The notes: generated by a model not told the origin, from the letters alone. DNA of 64,000 nt from a candidate division WOR-3 bacterium (GCA_013177935.1 JABLXZ010000001.1:386191-450190), one strand, 5' to 3'. Positions 50,582 to 61,380 are shown, counted from the stretch's first letter. Made by a program: numbers and translations.

Positions 50582-51538
50582 ATGGCAATTCACCCCAAAT
50601 ACCGCAACCTATTAAAGGCACTTCTTTATCTTTGCCCGGCATTGCTCATCCTGCTCATCTTCCGAATTTTCCCGATTTTACTGTCGGTTCGTATGAGTCT
50701 CTACGATTGGGGTATGGCAGGACCCCGTGCCTTCCTTGGCTTGGGTAATTACATTTCCGTACTTAAAGACCCGCTTTTCTGGAAGTCACTTTTGAACACG
50801 CTCTGGTATGTTCTATTTGAGGTACCGGCAACGCTACTTTTATCACTTTGCATCGCCCTGTTACTCAATCAACGGATTCGGGGATTAAGCATTTACCGAA
50901 CAATTTATTACCTGCCTGTTGTTACTTCCATCGTTGCCGTTTCGGTGGTGTGGAAGTGGATATTCCATCCCGACCGGGGCGTACTCAACTATCTATTATC
51001 ACTTATCGGCATCTCAAACATCCGCTGGCTTCAAGACCCCCGGGGGATTTTTGAGTTAATATTTGGACCAACAGTTGCTCACTGGCCCTACGCCTTGCGC
51101 GGTCCATCTATCGCCCTTTGTTCACTGGTCTTGATGGGCATCTGGAAGGCTCTGGGCTACAACATCGTGATATTTCTTGCTGGATTGCAGAACATCCCTC
51201 AAACCTATTACGAGGCAGCGCGAATTGACGGTGCTTCACGATTCAAAACCTTCTGGAAAATCACCCTGCCTTTGCTTTCGCCGACAACTTACTATGTGTT
51301 GATTATGAGTTCAATCGCCGCATTTGAAACCTTTGCCCAGGTTTGGATTATGACCGGACCACCACCAGGTGGTCCACTTCATACAACCAAAGTGGTAATG
51401 TACTACTTCTATGAAAACGCCTTTGAACTCTGGCGCCTGGGTTACGGTGCCGCAATTGCCTTCATCGCGTTCCTCATAATTCTGGGTCTTACCATCTTAC
51501 AAAGGGTATTTTTGGAAAAGAGGGTTCATTATGGTTAA
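50582..51538 (+). CDS. Carbohydrate ABC transporter permease (MalF/UgpA-like)
   Basis: GLGNY, EAA loop YYEAARIDGAS, G.GAA. ATG 50582 follows TTGACT-N16-TATACT. Confidence 0.9.
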   Translation: MAIHPKYRNLLKALLYLCPALLILLIFRIFPILLSVRMSLYDWGMAGPRAFLGLGNYISVLKDPLFWKSLLNTLWYVLFEVPATLLLSLCIALLLNQRIRGLSIYRTIYYLPVVTSIVAVSVVWKWIFHPDRGVLNYLLSLIGISNIRWLQDPRGIFELIFGPTVAHWPYALRGPSIALCSLVLMGIWKALGYNIVIFLAGLQNIPQTYYEAARIDGASRFKTFWKITLPLLSPTTYYVLIMSSIAAFETFAQVWIMTGPPPGGPLHTTKVVMYYFYENAFELWRLGYGAAIAFIAFLIILGLTILQRVFLEKRVHYG

Positions 51539-52349
51539 ACCCCGCAACCTGCCGGTGCATCTCTTATTGATTGTAGGTAGCGTTGGAATGCTTCTACCCT
51601 TTTTCTGGATGGTCAGCACTTCGTTCAAAACGCCGCTCGAAGCCCTGAGATTTCCACCCACCTGGTTTCCTTCGGTCTGGCAGATTTCCAATTACGCTGA
51701 GGTGTTCCGGCAGATTCCCTTCTGGCGCTACCTTGCCAATACCGTTTTAATTACTGCGGCCAGTCTCCTGGGAATTTTTCTCACCGGCATTCCTGCCGCC
51801 TACGCCTTTGCTCGGTTTCGTTTTCCAGGACGGGAAATCTTATTTATGGGCTTCCTTGCCCTGATGATGATCCCTTTGCCGGTTTACCTTGTCCCATCTT
51901 ATATGATTCTTTTCAAATTAGGTTGGATTGACACTTATGCAGCAATGATTGTACCCTGGATTGTTAACATCTTTTCCATCTTTTTGCTGCGTCAGCATAT
52001 TAAACAACTGCCCCAAGATTTATTTGATGCCGCCCGCATTGACGGCTGTTCCGAACTGTGGACTCTACTGCGCATTGTTCTGCCCCTGTGTCGCGCACCC
52101 CTGGCGACAATTGCGGTATTCAACACCATCTCCGCCTGGAACTCATTTTTCTGGCCGCTGATTGTTACCAACTCCGACCGGATTCGGCCGCTCCAGGTCG
52201 GTCTTGCCTACTTTTCACGGGAACAGTCCACAAACTATACACTTTTGATGGCAGCAACGACCATGGCGATAATCCCCTTAATCATTCTGTTCTTCGCCGC
52301 CCAAAAACAGATTATCCAGTCCCAAGCCCGCGCCGGACTAAAAGAGTAA
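51531..52349 (+). CDS. Carbohydrate ABC transporter permease (MalG/UgpE-like)
   Basis: PFFWMV.TSFK, AYAFARF.FPGR, LFDAARIDG, WNSFFWPL. Confidence 0.9.
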   Translation: MVKPRNLPVHLLLIVGSVGMLLPFFWMVSTSFKTPLEALRFPPTWFPSVWQISNYAEVFRQIPFWRYLANTVLITAASLLGIFLTGIPAAYAFARFRFPGREILFMGFLALMMIPLPVYLVPSYMILFKLGWIDTYAAMIVPWIVNIFSIFLLRQHIKQLPQDLFDAARIDGCSELWTLLRIVLPLCRAPLATIAVFNTISAWNSFFWPLIVTNSDRIRPLQVGLAYFSREQSTNYTLLMAATTMAIIPLIILFFAAQKQIIQSQARAGLKE

Positions 52350-52407
52350 AAGTTGACAATCGCCCAAGATTTGTTACGCTGAATTAATTTAACGAAAGGG
52401 CTTGTTT

Positions 52408-52575
52408 ATGACTTTCCACATTTACCTCGAAGGAAATCCGGTCTATCGTGTCAACATCATCGCCGAGAAAATTGTTGACGAAGGTGCCAACTACGCCCTC
52501 TACGATGAAAAAGGCGTAAAGGTCGCCGAATTTAAAAAGGAGAAGGTTTTAGGCTACGATGTAAGCGAATACTAA
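52408..52575 (+). CDS. 55-aa small protein absent from the ORF track
   Basis: MTFHIYLEGNPVYRVNIIAEKIVDEGANYALYDEKGVKVAEFKKEKVLGYDVSEY. Own promoter TTGACA(52353)-N16-TACGCT and GAAAGGG RBS; stop overlaps the xseB stop. Confidence 0.75.
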   Translation: MTFHIYLEGNPVYRVNIIAEKIVDEGANYALYDEKGVKVAEFKKEKVLGYDVSEY

Positions 52576-52820
52576 TCCTCAGGCTTAAACGGCTCCTCGG
52601 CAAAAACTCCATCCTTTTCTTTTATCAACTTAGACACCTTTAATTCTGCCGCAGCAAGTTTTTCCTTACACAACCGGGCGAGTTTAACCCCGCGCTCAAA
52701 CAGCTCCAGCGACTTCTCCAGACTCAAACTTCCTGCTTCAAGTTCCTTGACAATTTTCTCCAGTTCGGTGAGCGCTTGCTCAAAATCGATTGATTCAACC
52801 TCACTGTTTTTTCCTGCCAA
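52572..52820 (-). CDS. xseB: Exonuclease VII small subunit
   Basis: FEQAL.ELEKIV.ELE.G.LSLE.SL.LFERG..L...C...L..AE.KV. Confidence 0.95.
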   Translation of the reverse strand: MAGKNSEVESIDFEQALTELEKIVKELEAGSLSLEKSLELFERGVKLARLCKEKLAAAELKVSKLIKEKDGVFAEEPFKPED

Positions 52821-52821
52821 A

Positions 52822-54171
52822 TTAAACTCCTTTCATTTTGTTTTTTACCTGACAGTCCAATCTGCCATCGGCAACCCGCACCTTAACTTCATCCTCTAAC
52901 TGTACATCATCGACCCTCATAACCACACCGCCGTCCGGTTTCTGGCAAATCGCGTAACCTCGGGCAAGTTGCGCAAGAGGACTCAGCGCATCAAGGCTCA
53001 CTGCTGCCTTTGTCAATCTTGCTTCAAGAGGGGTTTTGATGTTGGAGAACCCTTTATCCAGTCTTGAAGAAAATGTCTCAAGCATTACCCGCCATTGCAT
53101 CACGCGTGCCACCGGATTCTGCCGATTTAACCGCTCAACCCTCAAATTTAAATCCTGAAAGCAGGTGTTAATCTTCTGGTTTACTACCCGGCTAAACACA
53201 TTCATTAATAACTCGATTTGGTATTGGGCTTCGCTTAAACGACGGTAAACCAGTTCAAATCCCCGATGCTTTATCAGGGCTTCTATCTCCTGCTCTCGCT
53301 CAAAGATAAACTCCTGTACTCTTTCGTTCATCCGGGGCCACAAATCATCAAGCCGCTGCTCAAACTCTTCCCAGCCCCGCGCCACCACTGCCGCTGCGGC
53401 AGTAGGGGTTGCGGCTCGAAAATCGGCAACAAAATCGGCTATCGTCCAGTCAACCTCATGACCTATGCCCGTGACCACCGGTACCCGGGAACCGGCAATT
53501 GCCCGGGCAACTACCTCTTCGTTAAAGGGCCAGAGGTCCTCCCAGGAACCACCACCCCGGCCCACGATTAGCAACTCCACCTCATCGATGGTGTTCATAT
53601 CCCAAATCGCCCGCGCAATCTGTTCCGCAGCACCTTCACCCTGAACCGGAACAGGATAAATAAGCACCTTCAAATGGGCATGGTGTAACTCGAGGGTTCG
53701 CAACATATCATGAATTGCCGCTCCAACCGGTGAAGTGACAATTCCGATAACCCGGGGTAACTTCGGAATGGGACGTTTTCGCTCCGCTTTAAACAACCCT
53801 TCCTTCTCCAGTTTCCGCTTCAACTCCTCAAACGCGCGCTGCAGCGCGCCCAAGCCCTTGGGCTCAATCGTATCAAGAATCAACTGGTATCTACCGTTAG
53901 GCACATAAACTTCCACTCGACCGTGCCCGATGATAAGGTCACCGTCCTTCAATTGAAACTTCAACCGCTGCGCTGACTCCCGAAAACAAATCGCCTGGAT
54001 TTGCGACCGTTCGTCCTTCAAAACAAAGTACAGATGCCCTGAAGGGTAAGCCTTAAAATTGGAGACTTCGCCAACAACCCAGATGTCGGAGAAGTCCGAC
54101 CTTAAACGGTCGTCAACCATCCTGTTGATCTGATAGACCGAATAAATCTTATTTGCCGGTACCGCTGCCAT
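52822..54171 (-). CDS. xseA: Exonuclease VII large subunit
   Basis: GEVSNF...SGH.YF.LKD, RGGGS.EDL, GIGHE.D.TIAD..AD.RA.TPTAAA, L.RGY. Confidence 0.96.
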   Translation of the reverse strand: MAAVPANKIYSVYQINRMVDDRLRSDFSDIWVVGEVSNFKAYPSGHLYFVLKDERSQIQAICFRESAQRLKFQLKDGDLIIGHGRVEVYVPNGRYQLILDTIEPKGLGALQRAFEELKRKLEKEGLFKAERKRPIPKLPRVIGIVTSPVGAAIHDMLRTLELHHAHLKVLIYPVPVQGEGAAEQIARAIWDMNTIDEVELLIVGRGGGSWEDLWPFNEEVVARAIAGSRVPVVTGIGHEVDWTIADFVADFRAATPTAAAAVVARGWEEFEQRLDDLWPRMNERVQEFIFEREQEIEALIKHRGFELVYRRLSEAQYQIELLMNVFSRVVNQKINTCFQDLNLRVERLNRQNPVARVMQWRVMLETFSSRLDKGFSNIKTPLEARLTKAAVSLDALSPLAQLARGYAICQKPDGGVVMRVDDVQLEDEVKVRVADGRLDCQVKNKMKGV

Positions 54172-54241
54172 CGTTAATCATCCTCATTTGGCTCACCCCT
54201 TGACCAATTTTTGTAAATACCAATCCGGTTTTGTTAAACCC

Positions 54242-55099
54242 TTATTTGCCGCTGTAATCGTAGAATCCCCTCCCGGTTTTTCTGCCCAGAAACCCCGCGG
54301 CGACCATCCGTTTCAGTAACGGGCAGGGACGATATTTCGGGTCCCCTAAGTCTTCATATAGGACTTCAAGAATCGCGAGGACTACATCCAACCCAATCAA
54401 ATCTGCCAGTGCCAGCGGACCCATCGGGTGATTCATCCCCAACTTCATCACGGTGTCAATCGCTTCTTTGTCGGCGACACCGGTTTCCAGGCAGAATATT
54501 GCTTCATTAATCATCGGCATCAGTACCCGGTTCGAAACAAATCCGGGAGAATCGTTCACCACCACCGGTGTCTTGCCCAGTTCCTTTGATAGACTGACAA
54601 TCTCTTCAACTACACCTTCGGCGGTCGCTAATCCGCGCACCACTTCAACCAACTGCATCAATGGTACGGGATTCATAAAGTGCATGCCAACAACCTTCTC
54701 CGGCCTTTTCGTTGCCGCCCCTAACAAGGTCACCGAAATCGTCGAAGTGTTGGTAGCAAGTATCGTTTCGGCTGGACAAACGCTATCCAGTTTGCGGAAC
54801 AGTTCGCGCTTCAGTTTCACATCCTCCGTAACCGCTTCCACTACCAGACCACACTCCTGACACGCTTCAACGGTCAAATTTGGCTTGATGCGGGCACGGG
54901 TTGTTTCCCCGGCATCAGCGGTCATCTTTCCCTTCTCAACCAGTTTGTCCAGTGACTTTTTTATCGTTGCCAGCCCCCGGTCCAGAAACCGCTGGTCAAC
55001 ATCAACCAGCACAACATCATAACCCGCCATGGCAAACACCTGGGCGATACCAGAACCCATTGTGCCGGCGCCAATGACTCCAACTGTCCGATTTATCAT
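54242..55099 (-). CDS. hbd: 3-hydroxybutyryl-CoA dehydrogenase
   Basis: [41 protein letters not shown]. Confidence 0.93.
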   Translation of the reverse strand: MINRTVGVIGAGTMGSGIAQVFAMAGYDVVLVDVDQRFLDRGLATIKKSLDKLVEKGKMTADAGETTRARIKPNLTVEACQECGLVVEAVTEDVKLKRELFRKLDSVCPAETILATNTSTISVTLLGAATKRPEKVVGMHFMNPVPLMQLVEVVRGLATAEGVVEEIVSLSKELGKTPVVVNDSPGFVSNRVLMPMINEAIFCLETGVADKEAIDTVMKLGMNHPMGPLALADLIGLDVVLAILEVLYEDLGDPKYRPCPLLKRMVAAGFLGRKTGRGFYDYSGK

Positions 55100-55142
55100 A
55101 TTGCCTCCTTTTTATTTAAAATTAGATGACCAAAAACAAATG

Positions 55143-55745
55143 TCAATTAATCCCCCGCCATCGGGAAATCAACTCGACAAGACGACGACCATTTTCCGGT
55201 GTAAACCGAAACCTTCCGCCCGGCATCAACACCTCAAGCGCACCGGGTTCTTCGGATTTAAGCCACTTCCCAAAAGACAATGCCGGGCCGGTCAACATTA
55301 TCCAAACGCCCTGTTCGGGCTCAACAATCAAACCGTCAATCTTACCTTCAGCAATAACAAAACGCGCCTCGTAAATCATCGGTTCTACTCCGACAAGATG
55401 CAACCAGCGGTTGGTCTCCTCTAAACGGCAAAAAATGGTATCGCCTATCATCGTCAGTTCAGACATTGACAGTTTTACATCAACGGTTCGGGCATAACCC
55501 AAAAAATCCTTTATTTCCTTTCTGCCCTGTGCGACCACCCCTAAACCTTTGACTTCTAAAAAAGGAGTATCGGTCCAGAACCTGATTAGCCGATTATCAC
55601 TCTGCCGCCCGAGCCCTTGAACAAAACTCCGCACAACACCAAGACCGGAACCACTTCGCCCTTTCCCTTTTTCGTGGAAAACCGGCGAACACGCAAAACT
55701 GATGAGTAAAAGGGAAACGATTAGTCCAAAAACAGTTCGAACCAT
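55143..55745 (-). CDS. Lipoprotein, possibly NTF2/SnoaL-like
   Basis: Lipobox SFAC; G..EI..F...Y segment and terminal F....GKI strand resemble NTF2-like proteins. Confidence 0.5.
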   Translation of the reverse strand: MVRTVFGLIVSLLLISFACSPVFHEKGKGRSGSGLGVVRSFVQGLGRQSDNRLIRFWTDTPFLEVKGLGVVAQGRKEIKDFLGYARTVDVKLSMSELTMIGDTIFCRLEETNRWLHLVGVEPMIYEARFVIAEGKIDGLIVEPEQGVWIMLTGPALSFGKWLKSEEPGALEVLMPGGRFRFTPENGRRLVELISRWRGIN

Positions 55746-55915
55746 TACTTTTTAGTTTTATCAACATCTTATAACCTGTCAACATAGCCCTCATCGTTCA
55801 TTACTTCCGGCATCGAATAAACTTAACAGTAAAAAAGGTACAACAGACTGTTATGCGTCTATTTTCCCCCGCTCCAAGTTTGACTATCGCAACTTACCGG
55901 CTATCCTTACCTTCT

Positions 55916-56695
55916 ATGGTTAAGGTTTGCGTTTTGTTTGCTGCGGGCATAAACTGCGACCAGGAAACAGTGTATGCGTTTGAACTCGCCGGCGCCCATG
56001 CCGAAATAATCCACATCAATCGGCTAAAAGAAAGACCCGCACCTCTCGACCAGTACCACATTCTTGCCATCCCCGGTGGTTTTTCTTACGGCGATTACAT
56101 CGCCTCGGGCCGGGTCCTGGCAAATGAGTTAAAACACCACCTTGCCGCTGAAATCTGTAAGTTCTTGGAAAAGGGCAAACTCATCCTTGGCATCTGCAAT
56201 GGGTTTCAGGTACTGGTCAAATCCGGACTCCTGCCCGGCTTTGAAAAGCCTTTTGAACGCCAGACCGTAACTCTTGACACTAACGATTCAGCCCGTTACG
56301 AAGACCGCTGGGTTTATCTAAAAACCGAAAATTCACCCTGTGTGTTCACCGCAAACCTTCCGGAAATAATCTATTTGCCCGTTGCCCACGCCGAAGGCAA
56401 GTTCATCCCGGGCTCCAGCCAAATATTAAAGCAATTGAAAGCCAACAACCAGATTGTATTCCGCTATGTTACCGCCCGAGGTGAAGAAGCAAAATATCCT
56501 GATAACCCGAACGGTTCGGTGGAAGGAATTGCTGGCATCTGTGACCCTACCGGCCGAGTTTTCGGCTTGATGCCCCATCCAGAACGCTACATCAGGATTG
56601 AGCACCATCCCCGCTGGCATCGGGAAAGTTTGACAAAACCGGATGGAATTGCCATATTTGAGAATGCGGTGCAGTATGTCAAAAAGAACCTCTAA
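55916..56695 (+). CDS. purQ: FGAM synthase glutaminase subunit
   Basis: G.NCD.ET, PGGFSYGD, GICNGFQ, AHAEG, NPNGS, MPHPER. Start ATG 55916. Confidence 0.95.
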   Translation: MVKVCVLFAAGINCDQETVYAFELAGAHAEIIHINRLKERPAPLDQYHILAIPGGFSYGDYIASGRVLANELKHHLAAEICKFLEKGKLILGICNGFQVLVKSGLLPGFEKPFERQTVTLDTNDSARYEDRWVYLKTENSPCVFTANLPEIIYLPVAHAEGKFIPGSSQILKQLKANNQIVFRYVTARGEEAKYPDNPNGSVEGIAGICDPTGRVFGLMPHPERYIRIEHHPRWHRESLTKPDGIAIFENAVQYVKKNL

Positions 56696-57011
56696 AAGAA
56701 ACACGCCCACAAGAATTACCGACCATCCAATCTTACAGTTCAACCGGGGTCGCGAAATAACCTTCTTTTTTGAGGGTGAGCCGATGAAAGGTTACGAAGG
56801 GGAAACGATTGCTGCCGCCCTGGTTGCCAATGGCGTTAAGGTATTTCGGTACAGTGAAAAACACAAGCGGGCTCGGGGATTCTTCTGTGCCGTTGGTAAA
56901 TGCTCCTCCTGCTTAATGGTCGTTGACGGCAAACCCAATACCATGGTTTGTATGGAACCACTGCGGGAAGGGGTGCGCGTTGAACGACAACGCGGAAGGG
57001 GAAAGATATGA
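56676..57011 (+). CDS. 2Fe-2S protein (sarcosine oxidase alpha N-terminus/HcnA-like)
   Basis: GETIAAAL.ANG, RGFFCAVGKCSSC.M.VDG.PN...C. Confidence 0.88.
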   Translation: MSKRTSKRNTPTRITDHPILQFNRGREITFFFEGEPMKGYEGETIAAALVANGVKVFRYSEKHKRARGFFCAVGKCSSCLMVVDGKPNTMVCMEPLREGVRVERQRGRGKI

Positions 57012-58099
57012 GCAATATCATAGATGGCGGCATCGTGATTGTTGGCGGTGGCCCTGCCGGACTATGCGCAGCAATAACTGCTGCCCAGCTGGGCGCACCG
57101 GTCACTTTAATCGATGACAACCCACGGCTTGGCGGCCAGTTGATTAAACAGACCCACAAATTCTTCGGTTCAAAAAGCCATTACTGCGGCATCCGGGGTA
57201 TCGACATCGCCACCCTTCTTGAGCAGCAACTTTCCGCCACACCAACAAAGGTTATCCTCAATACAACCGTAATCGGACATTTTAAACCGAATATCCTCGG
57301 GCTTGCCAATCAACACACCTTTACAAAACTTTCCTATCAACGGCTAATCGTCGCCACCGGTGCCAGCGAAAATACCATCCTGTTCGAAAACAACGACCTG
57401 CCCGGAATTTACGGTGCCGGTGCAGTCCAGACCTTGATGAATGTGTTCGGGATAAGACCGGGCAAAAATGTTTTGATGGTTGGCTCAGGAAACATCGGGC
57501 TCATCGTCTCCTATCAACTGCTCCAGGCGGGTATCAATGTGAGCGCAGTAATTGAAGCACTTCCTAAGATTGGCGGCTATCATGTTCATGCTGCGAAACT
57601 TGCCCGTTTAGGTATTCCCATACTCACTTCCCACACAATTAAGGCGGCGATTGGCAAAGAGTATGTTACTGGTGCGGTCATCTGTCGGGTTGATAAAAAC
57701 TTCAAACCTATCAAAGGCACCGAAAAAAGATTAAAAGTTGATACAATCTGCCTTGCCGTTGGATTATCACCTTTAGTAGAAATTCTCTCTCAGATTGGCT
57801 GTGAGATGGTCTTTATTCCTCAACTGGGCGGACAAGTTGCCTGGCACAACGAGAATATGGAAACAACCGTTTCTGGCGTCTATGTTGCTGGTGACGCCAG
57901 TGGCGTTGAGGAAGCGTCCACCGCCATGCTTGAAGGTAGAATCGCCGGTGCCCACGCTGCTGCCACACTCACCGGGAAGTTTACAGAAGCAGAAGCCATC
58001 ATTAACCAGGCGAAATTTGAACTGGCTGCCATCCGCCAGGGTCCTTTTGGTGAAAAAGCGGCAAAAGGCAAGGAAAAAATGATGCAAACGGTCCGTTAA
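57008..58099 (+). CDS. FAD/NAD(P)-dependent oxidoreductase (HcnB/proline dehydrogenase alpha-like)
   Basis: GGGPAG, LGGQLIKQTHKFFG, ATGA.E, GSGNIG, AGDA.G.EEAS.AM.EG. Confidence 0.88.
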   Translation: MSNIIDGGIVIVGGGPAGLCAAITAAQLGAPVTLIDDNPRLGGQLIKQTHKFFGSKSHYCGIRGIDIATLLEQQLSATPTKVILNTTVIGHFKPNILGLANQHTFTKLSYQRLIVATGASENTILFENNDLPGIYGAGAVQTLMNVFGIRPGKNVLMVGSGNIGLIVSYQLLQAGINVSAVIEALPKIGGYHVHAAKLARLGIPILTSHTIKAAIGKEYVTGAVICRVDKNFKPIKGTEKRLKVDTICLAVGLSPLVEILSQIGCEMVFIPQLGGQVAWHNENMETTVSGVYVAGDASGVEEASTAMLEGRIAGAHAAATLTGKFTEAEAIINQAKFELAAIRQGPFGEKAAKGKEKMMQTVR

Positions 58100-58113
58100 C
58101 ATACCGGACTGGA

Positions 58114-60480
58114 ATGAAAACCAAACCTGCCAAAAGTACGATTCCAAACCAGCCGAGTAACCGTTTTGTTCCCGCGGTCCCCTATCTTGTCCTTGTCGCT
58201 GCGGTAATCTTATTCTTCTGGGAGATTTTAACCCGCCAGAACTTCCTCTGGGAGGACATCCTTTATCAATACTACCCGTTCCACTTCTTCCTCTTTAAAA
58301 ATCTGCGCCAGTTTAATCTCCCGCTCTGGAACCCCTATATGTTTGCCGGAATGCCGTTTCTTGCCGACATCCAGACCCAGGTCTTTTACCCGCTCAACTG
58401 GCTCTTCGCCTTTATCGCCAACACGAACCAAAACTATGTCTTCTGGCTGGTCGAACTCAAATGCATCATCCATCTGTTTCTCGGCGCACTCAGTTTTTAT
58501 CTTTTAATGCGGGAGTTAAAACTTTCCCGCTATTCAGGCGTTCTTGCTGGTATTACATTTGGCTTTTCCGGATTTATGGTCAGCCACATAATCCACCTTA
58601 CTATCATCAGCACCTTTGCCTGGTTCCCGCTCATTCTGCTATTTTTTTATCGCACCTTGTTCCAGCGCCGTTTACTTGATGCCAGCGCCACCGCCCTCAG
58701 CCTCGGACTTGCCAATCTCGCGGGTCATCCCCAAATGACCCTGCACATTGTCTATGCCCTTTGCCTACTGTTTATTTTATACCTCCTATTCAACTGGCGC
58801 AGTGAACTTCCCTATCTGTTTAAAAACCACATCCCGCTTTTCCTTTTGACAATTTTTCTTGGTTTTGCCATCTCCGCCGCCGCTTATCTTCCTGCCTATC
58901 GTTATTCTATCCATACCGTTCGGGAAATGATGACCTATGCCGAGGCTACCGAAACATCATTACCACCCTGGTTTTTCATTACCATTCTCATCCCCAAATT
59001 TTTCGGCAGTATTGCCGGTGGCGTTGAAGAAACCGCGCCCTTCTGGGTTGACCCAGCACGCTACACCTACTGGGAAACCTGCCTCTATGTTGGCGTTATG
59101 CCGCTCATCCTTGCCGGAATCGGAATTTTTTTCAATCGCAACAAACTGCGCTGGCAATTTCTAATTCTTGCCTTTGTGGCACTCCTATTTGCTTTGGGAA
59201 AGTTTACACCGCTTTACCGATTGGCTTTCAACATCTTTCCCGGCTTTGACCGATTCCGAATACCAGCCCGGTTTGTCGACCTGTTCACTGTCGCAATCGC
59301 CTTTCTTACTGGACTTGGTATGGAGGTTCTGGTCAAACCCAATCCCAAGCCTGACTTTAAATCCAATACCCTGGGGTATAGACTCCTAATTCCGGGATTA
59401 ACTGTCCTCGTTTACGGCGTAGCAATTCTATTTCTGCTCATCACCGGCTTGCTCGTGAAAATTTTCCCGCCTCTTCAAGACCCAGGTCTATTTCGCAACA
59501 GCCTGACCCAGACCGGTGTGATGTTCGGATTCGCAAGCATCGGGCTATTGTTAATCTTCCTGATTAAGAACTCGGCTAAATACCGAACGATACTTTTGAG
59601 TTTACTGGTCGGTCTCACATTTTTCGACCTTTATACATTCGGCAGGCGGTTCAGTTTGGGTACAGTTTCCCCTGAAGAGTTTTATCCACCGCGCCCTTTT
59701 ATCAAGACACTCATCGAAGAGCATAAGAACGAACCGTTCCGCATCAACGCCCGAGCCGGACCCTATATGCTCCTGCAACGCAACGAAGGTTTGCTCTGGG
59801 AACTGGAGTTACTCGAAGGTTATACACCGTTAAAACTTACCGACTATGTTACATTTGACATTCCGGTTAACCGGCGCAACGACCTGTTAAATGTCCGCTA
59901 CCAGATTCACATCGACTCGGTGCGCGGTACAATGAGCCTGGTGCCAAATCCAACTGCTCTGCCTCGCTACTGGCTTGCCGACTCTTTCATTGTCATCACC
60001 GACCGGACAACAATCCTTAATCGCCTTGCTGATACCACCTTTGACTTTCGCCGGGTTGCAATTCTTGAAGAAAAACCCGACTTCAATTTTGAACAGTCAT
60101 CCCAGCCGAGCCTTAATTTCGCTACCGACTCCACCCAGAAAAAAAGTATTACGGCAATAAAACGCACAAGCGAGCGCATAGAACTTATGGTCGAAACCGA
60201 CAAACCGGCAATCCTCTTGTTTTCCGAAATCTACTATCCTGAATGGAAGGCGACCATTGATGGTAAACCGGCAAAACTGGTGCGCGCGGATTACTGTCTG
60301 CGCGCCCTGCCCCTAACACCGGGCAAGCATAAAGTTGTAACCTGGTACGACCGCACCGGTGTCAATCTGGGCATCTTCATCAGCAAACTTGCCTTTCTTG
60401 GAATCGTCCTCATCTTCTTTGTTACCCGCCCGCGGCCTAAACCATTATCAACGAAAGTAAAGTACCGCCACAACACTTAA
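58114..60480 (+). CDS. YfhO-family polytopic membrane protein (GT-C-type glycosyltransferase-like)
   Basis: D...QYYP, PLWNPY.FAG.PF.AD.Q...FYP, GHPQ, FRIPARF, SE.YYP.WKA.IDG; many TM segments. Confidence 0.85.
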   Translation: MKTKPAKSTIPNQPSNRFVPAVPYLVLVAAVILFFWEILTRQNFLWEDILYQYYPFHFFLFKNLRQFNLPLWNPYMFAGMPFLADIQTQVFYPLNWLFAFIANTNQNYVFWLVELKCIIHLFLGALSFYLLMRELKLSRYSGVLAGITFGFSGFMVSHIIHLTIISTFAWFPLILLFFYRTLFQRRLLDASATALSLGLANLAGHPQMTLHIVYALCLLFILYLLFNWRSELPYLFKNHIPLFLLTIFLGFAISAAAYLPAYRYSIHTVREMMTYAEATETSLPPWFFITILIPKFFGSIAGGVEETAPFWVDPARYTYWETCLYVGVMPLILAGIGIFFNRNKLRWQFLILAFVALLFALGKFTPLYRLAFNIFPGFDRFRIPARFVDLFTVAIAFLTGLGMEVLVKPNPKPDFKSNTLGYRLLIPGLTVLVYGVAILFLLITGLLVKIFPPLQDPGLFRNSLTQTGVMFGFASIGLLLIFLIKNSAKYRTILLSLLVGLTFFDLYTFGRRFSLGTVSPEEFYPPRPFIKTLIEEHKNEPFRINARAGPYMLLQRNEGLLWELELLEGYTPLKLTDYVTFDIPVNRRNDLLNVRYQIHIDSVRGTMSLVPNPTALPRYWLADSFIVITDRTTILNRLADTTFDFRRVAILEEKPDFNFEQSSQPSLNFATDSTQKKSITAIKRTSERIELMVETDKPAILLFSEIYYPEWKATIDGKPAKLVRADYCLRALPLTPGKHKVVTWYDRTGVNLGIFISKLAFLGIVLIFFVTRPRPKPLSTKVKYRHNT

Positions 60481-61320
60481 CAACCACAAAACAATATCGA
60501 TAATAAGCGGCACATCGGTAAACAAAACCTTTTCCGGTGCGCCACCCTCCTCCTTGCGATAAACGAGGTAAAGGTAGCGATAAATCCCATATAGGACAAA
60601 TGGCACGGTCAATATCAGGTTGTGGGTGCCAAATTTATGGACCGTCTCGGGAGCAATTGTATAAAGACAGTAGGCGATAACAGTTGAAGATGTTGCCACG
60701 GCAATCATCTGGTCTAAAAGTGTCTCCGAATATTTGCCCAGCACACTGCGATGCGAAATCCCGCCGCCTTCAAGATAGAGCAGTTCGTGCCGGCGCTTTG
60801 CCAGCGCCAGAAACAGGGCAAGGAGAATAGCGCAGACAAAAAGCCAGGGTGAAATCTGGACCTGAACCAGATATGTACCGGAAATTGCCCGAATCGCAAA
60901 ACCAGCAGCAACAACCATCACATCCAGAACAACAATCTTCTTCAGGTGTGTCGAATATGCCAGTTGAAGAATAAAGTAACCAAGAATCAAAAGGCCAAAA
61001 CGGCCGGATAAGGCAAAACCGCCCCCGATTCCGAGAATTACTATCACTACCGCAACAATACCGGCGGTCCCGGGCTTTAACTCACCGGCAGCGATGGGTC
61101 GGAACTTTTTCTTGGGATGGGAACGGTCATTCTCCCGGTCCAGAATGTCGTTGATGATATAAACTGCACCCGAAATTAAACAGAAGGCGACAAATCCGGC
61201 AAATGTCTCGAGCAGTTTTATCAGATTGAAAAGATTCTGGGAAAAAATTAAAGCGGCAAAGACCAAAAGGTTTTTAACCCACTGTTTGGGCCGCATCGAC
61301 TTTACAATTGCCCGCAACAT
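60448..61320 (-). CDS. Decaprenyl-phosphate phosphoribosyltransferase-like UbiA-family protein
   Basis: RP.QW.KN, YIINDILD...D..HP.K..RP.A.G, KRRHEL, P.VLYGI.RY. Start ATG 61320. Confidence 0.9.
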   Translation of the reverse strand: MLRAIVKSMRPKQWVKNLLVFAALIFSQNLFNLIKLLETFAGFVAFCLISGAVYIINDILDRENDRSHPKKKFRPIAAGELKPGTAGIVAVVIVILGIGGGFALSGRFGLLILGYFILQLAYSTHLKKIVVLDVMVVAAGFAIRAISGTYLVQVQISPWLFVCAILLALFLALAKRRHELLYLEGGGISHRSVLGKYSETLLDQMIAVATSSTVIAYCLYTIAPETVHKFGTHNLILTVPFVLYGIYRYLYLVYRKEEGGAPEKVLFTDVPLIIDIVLWLLSVVAVLYFR

Positions 61321-61380
61321 ATTGATTAGTTTTACCGGAAACGCGCTAACTGTCAATTTATTCCCTGATGGCTAAAATTA

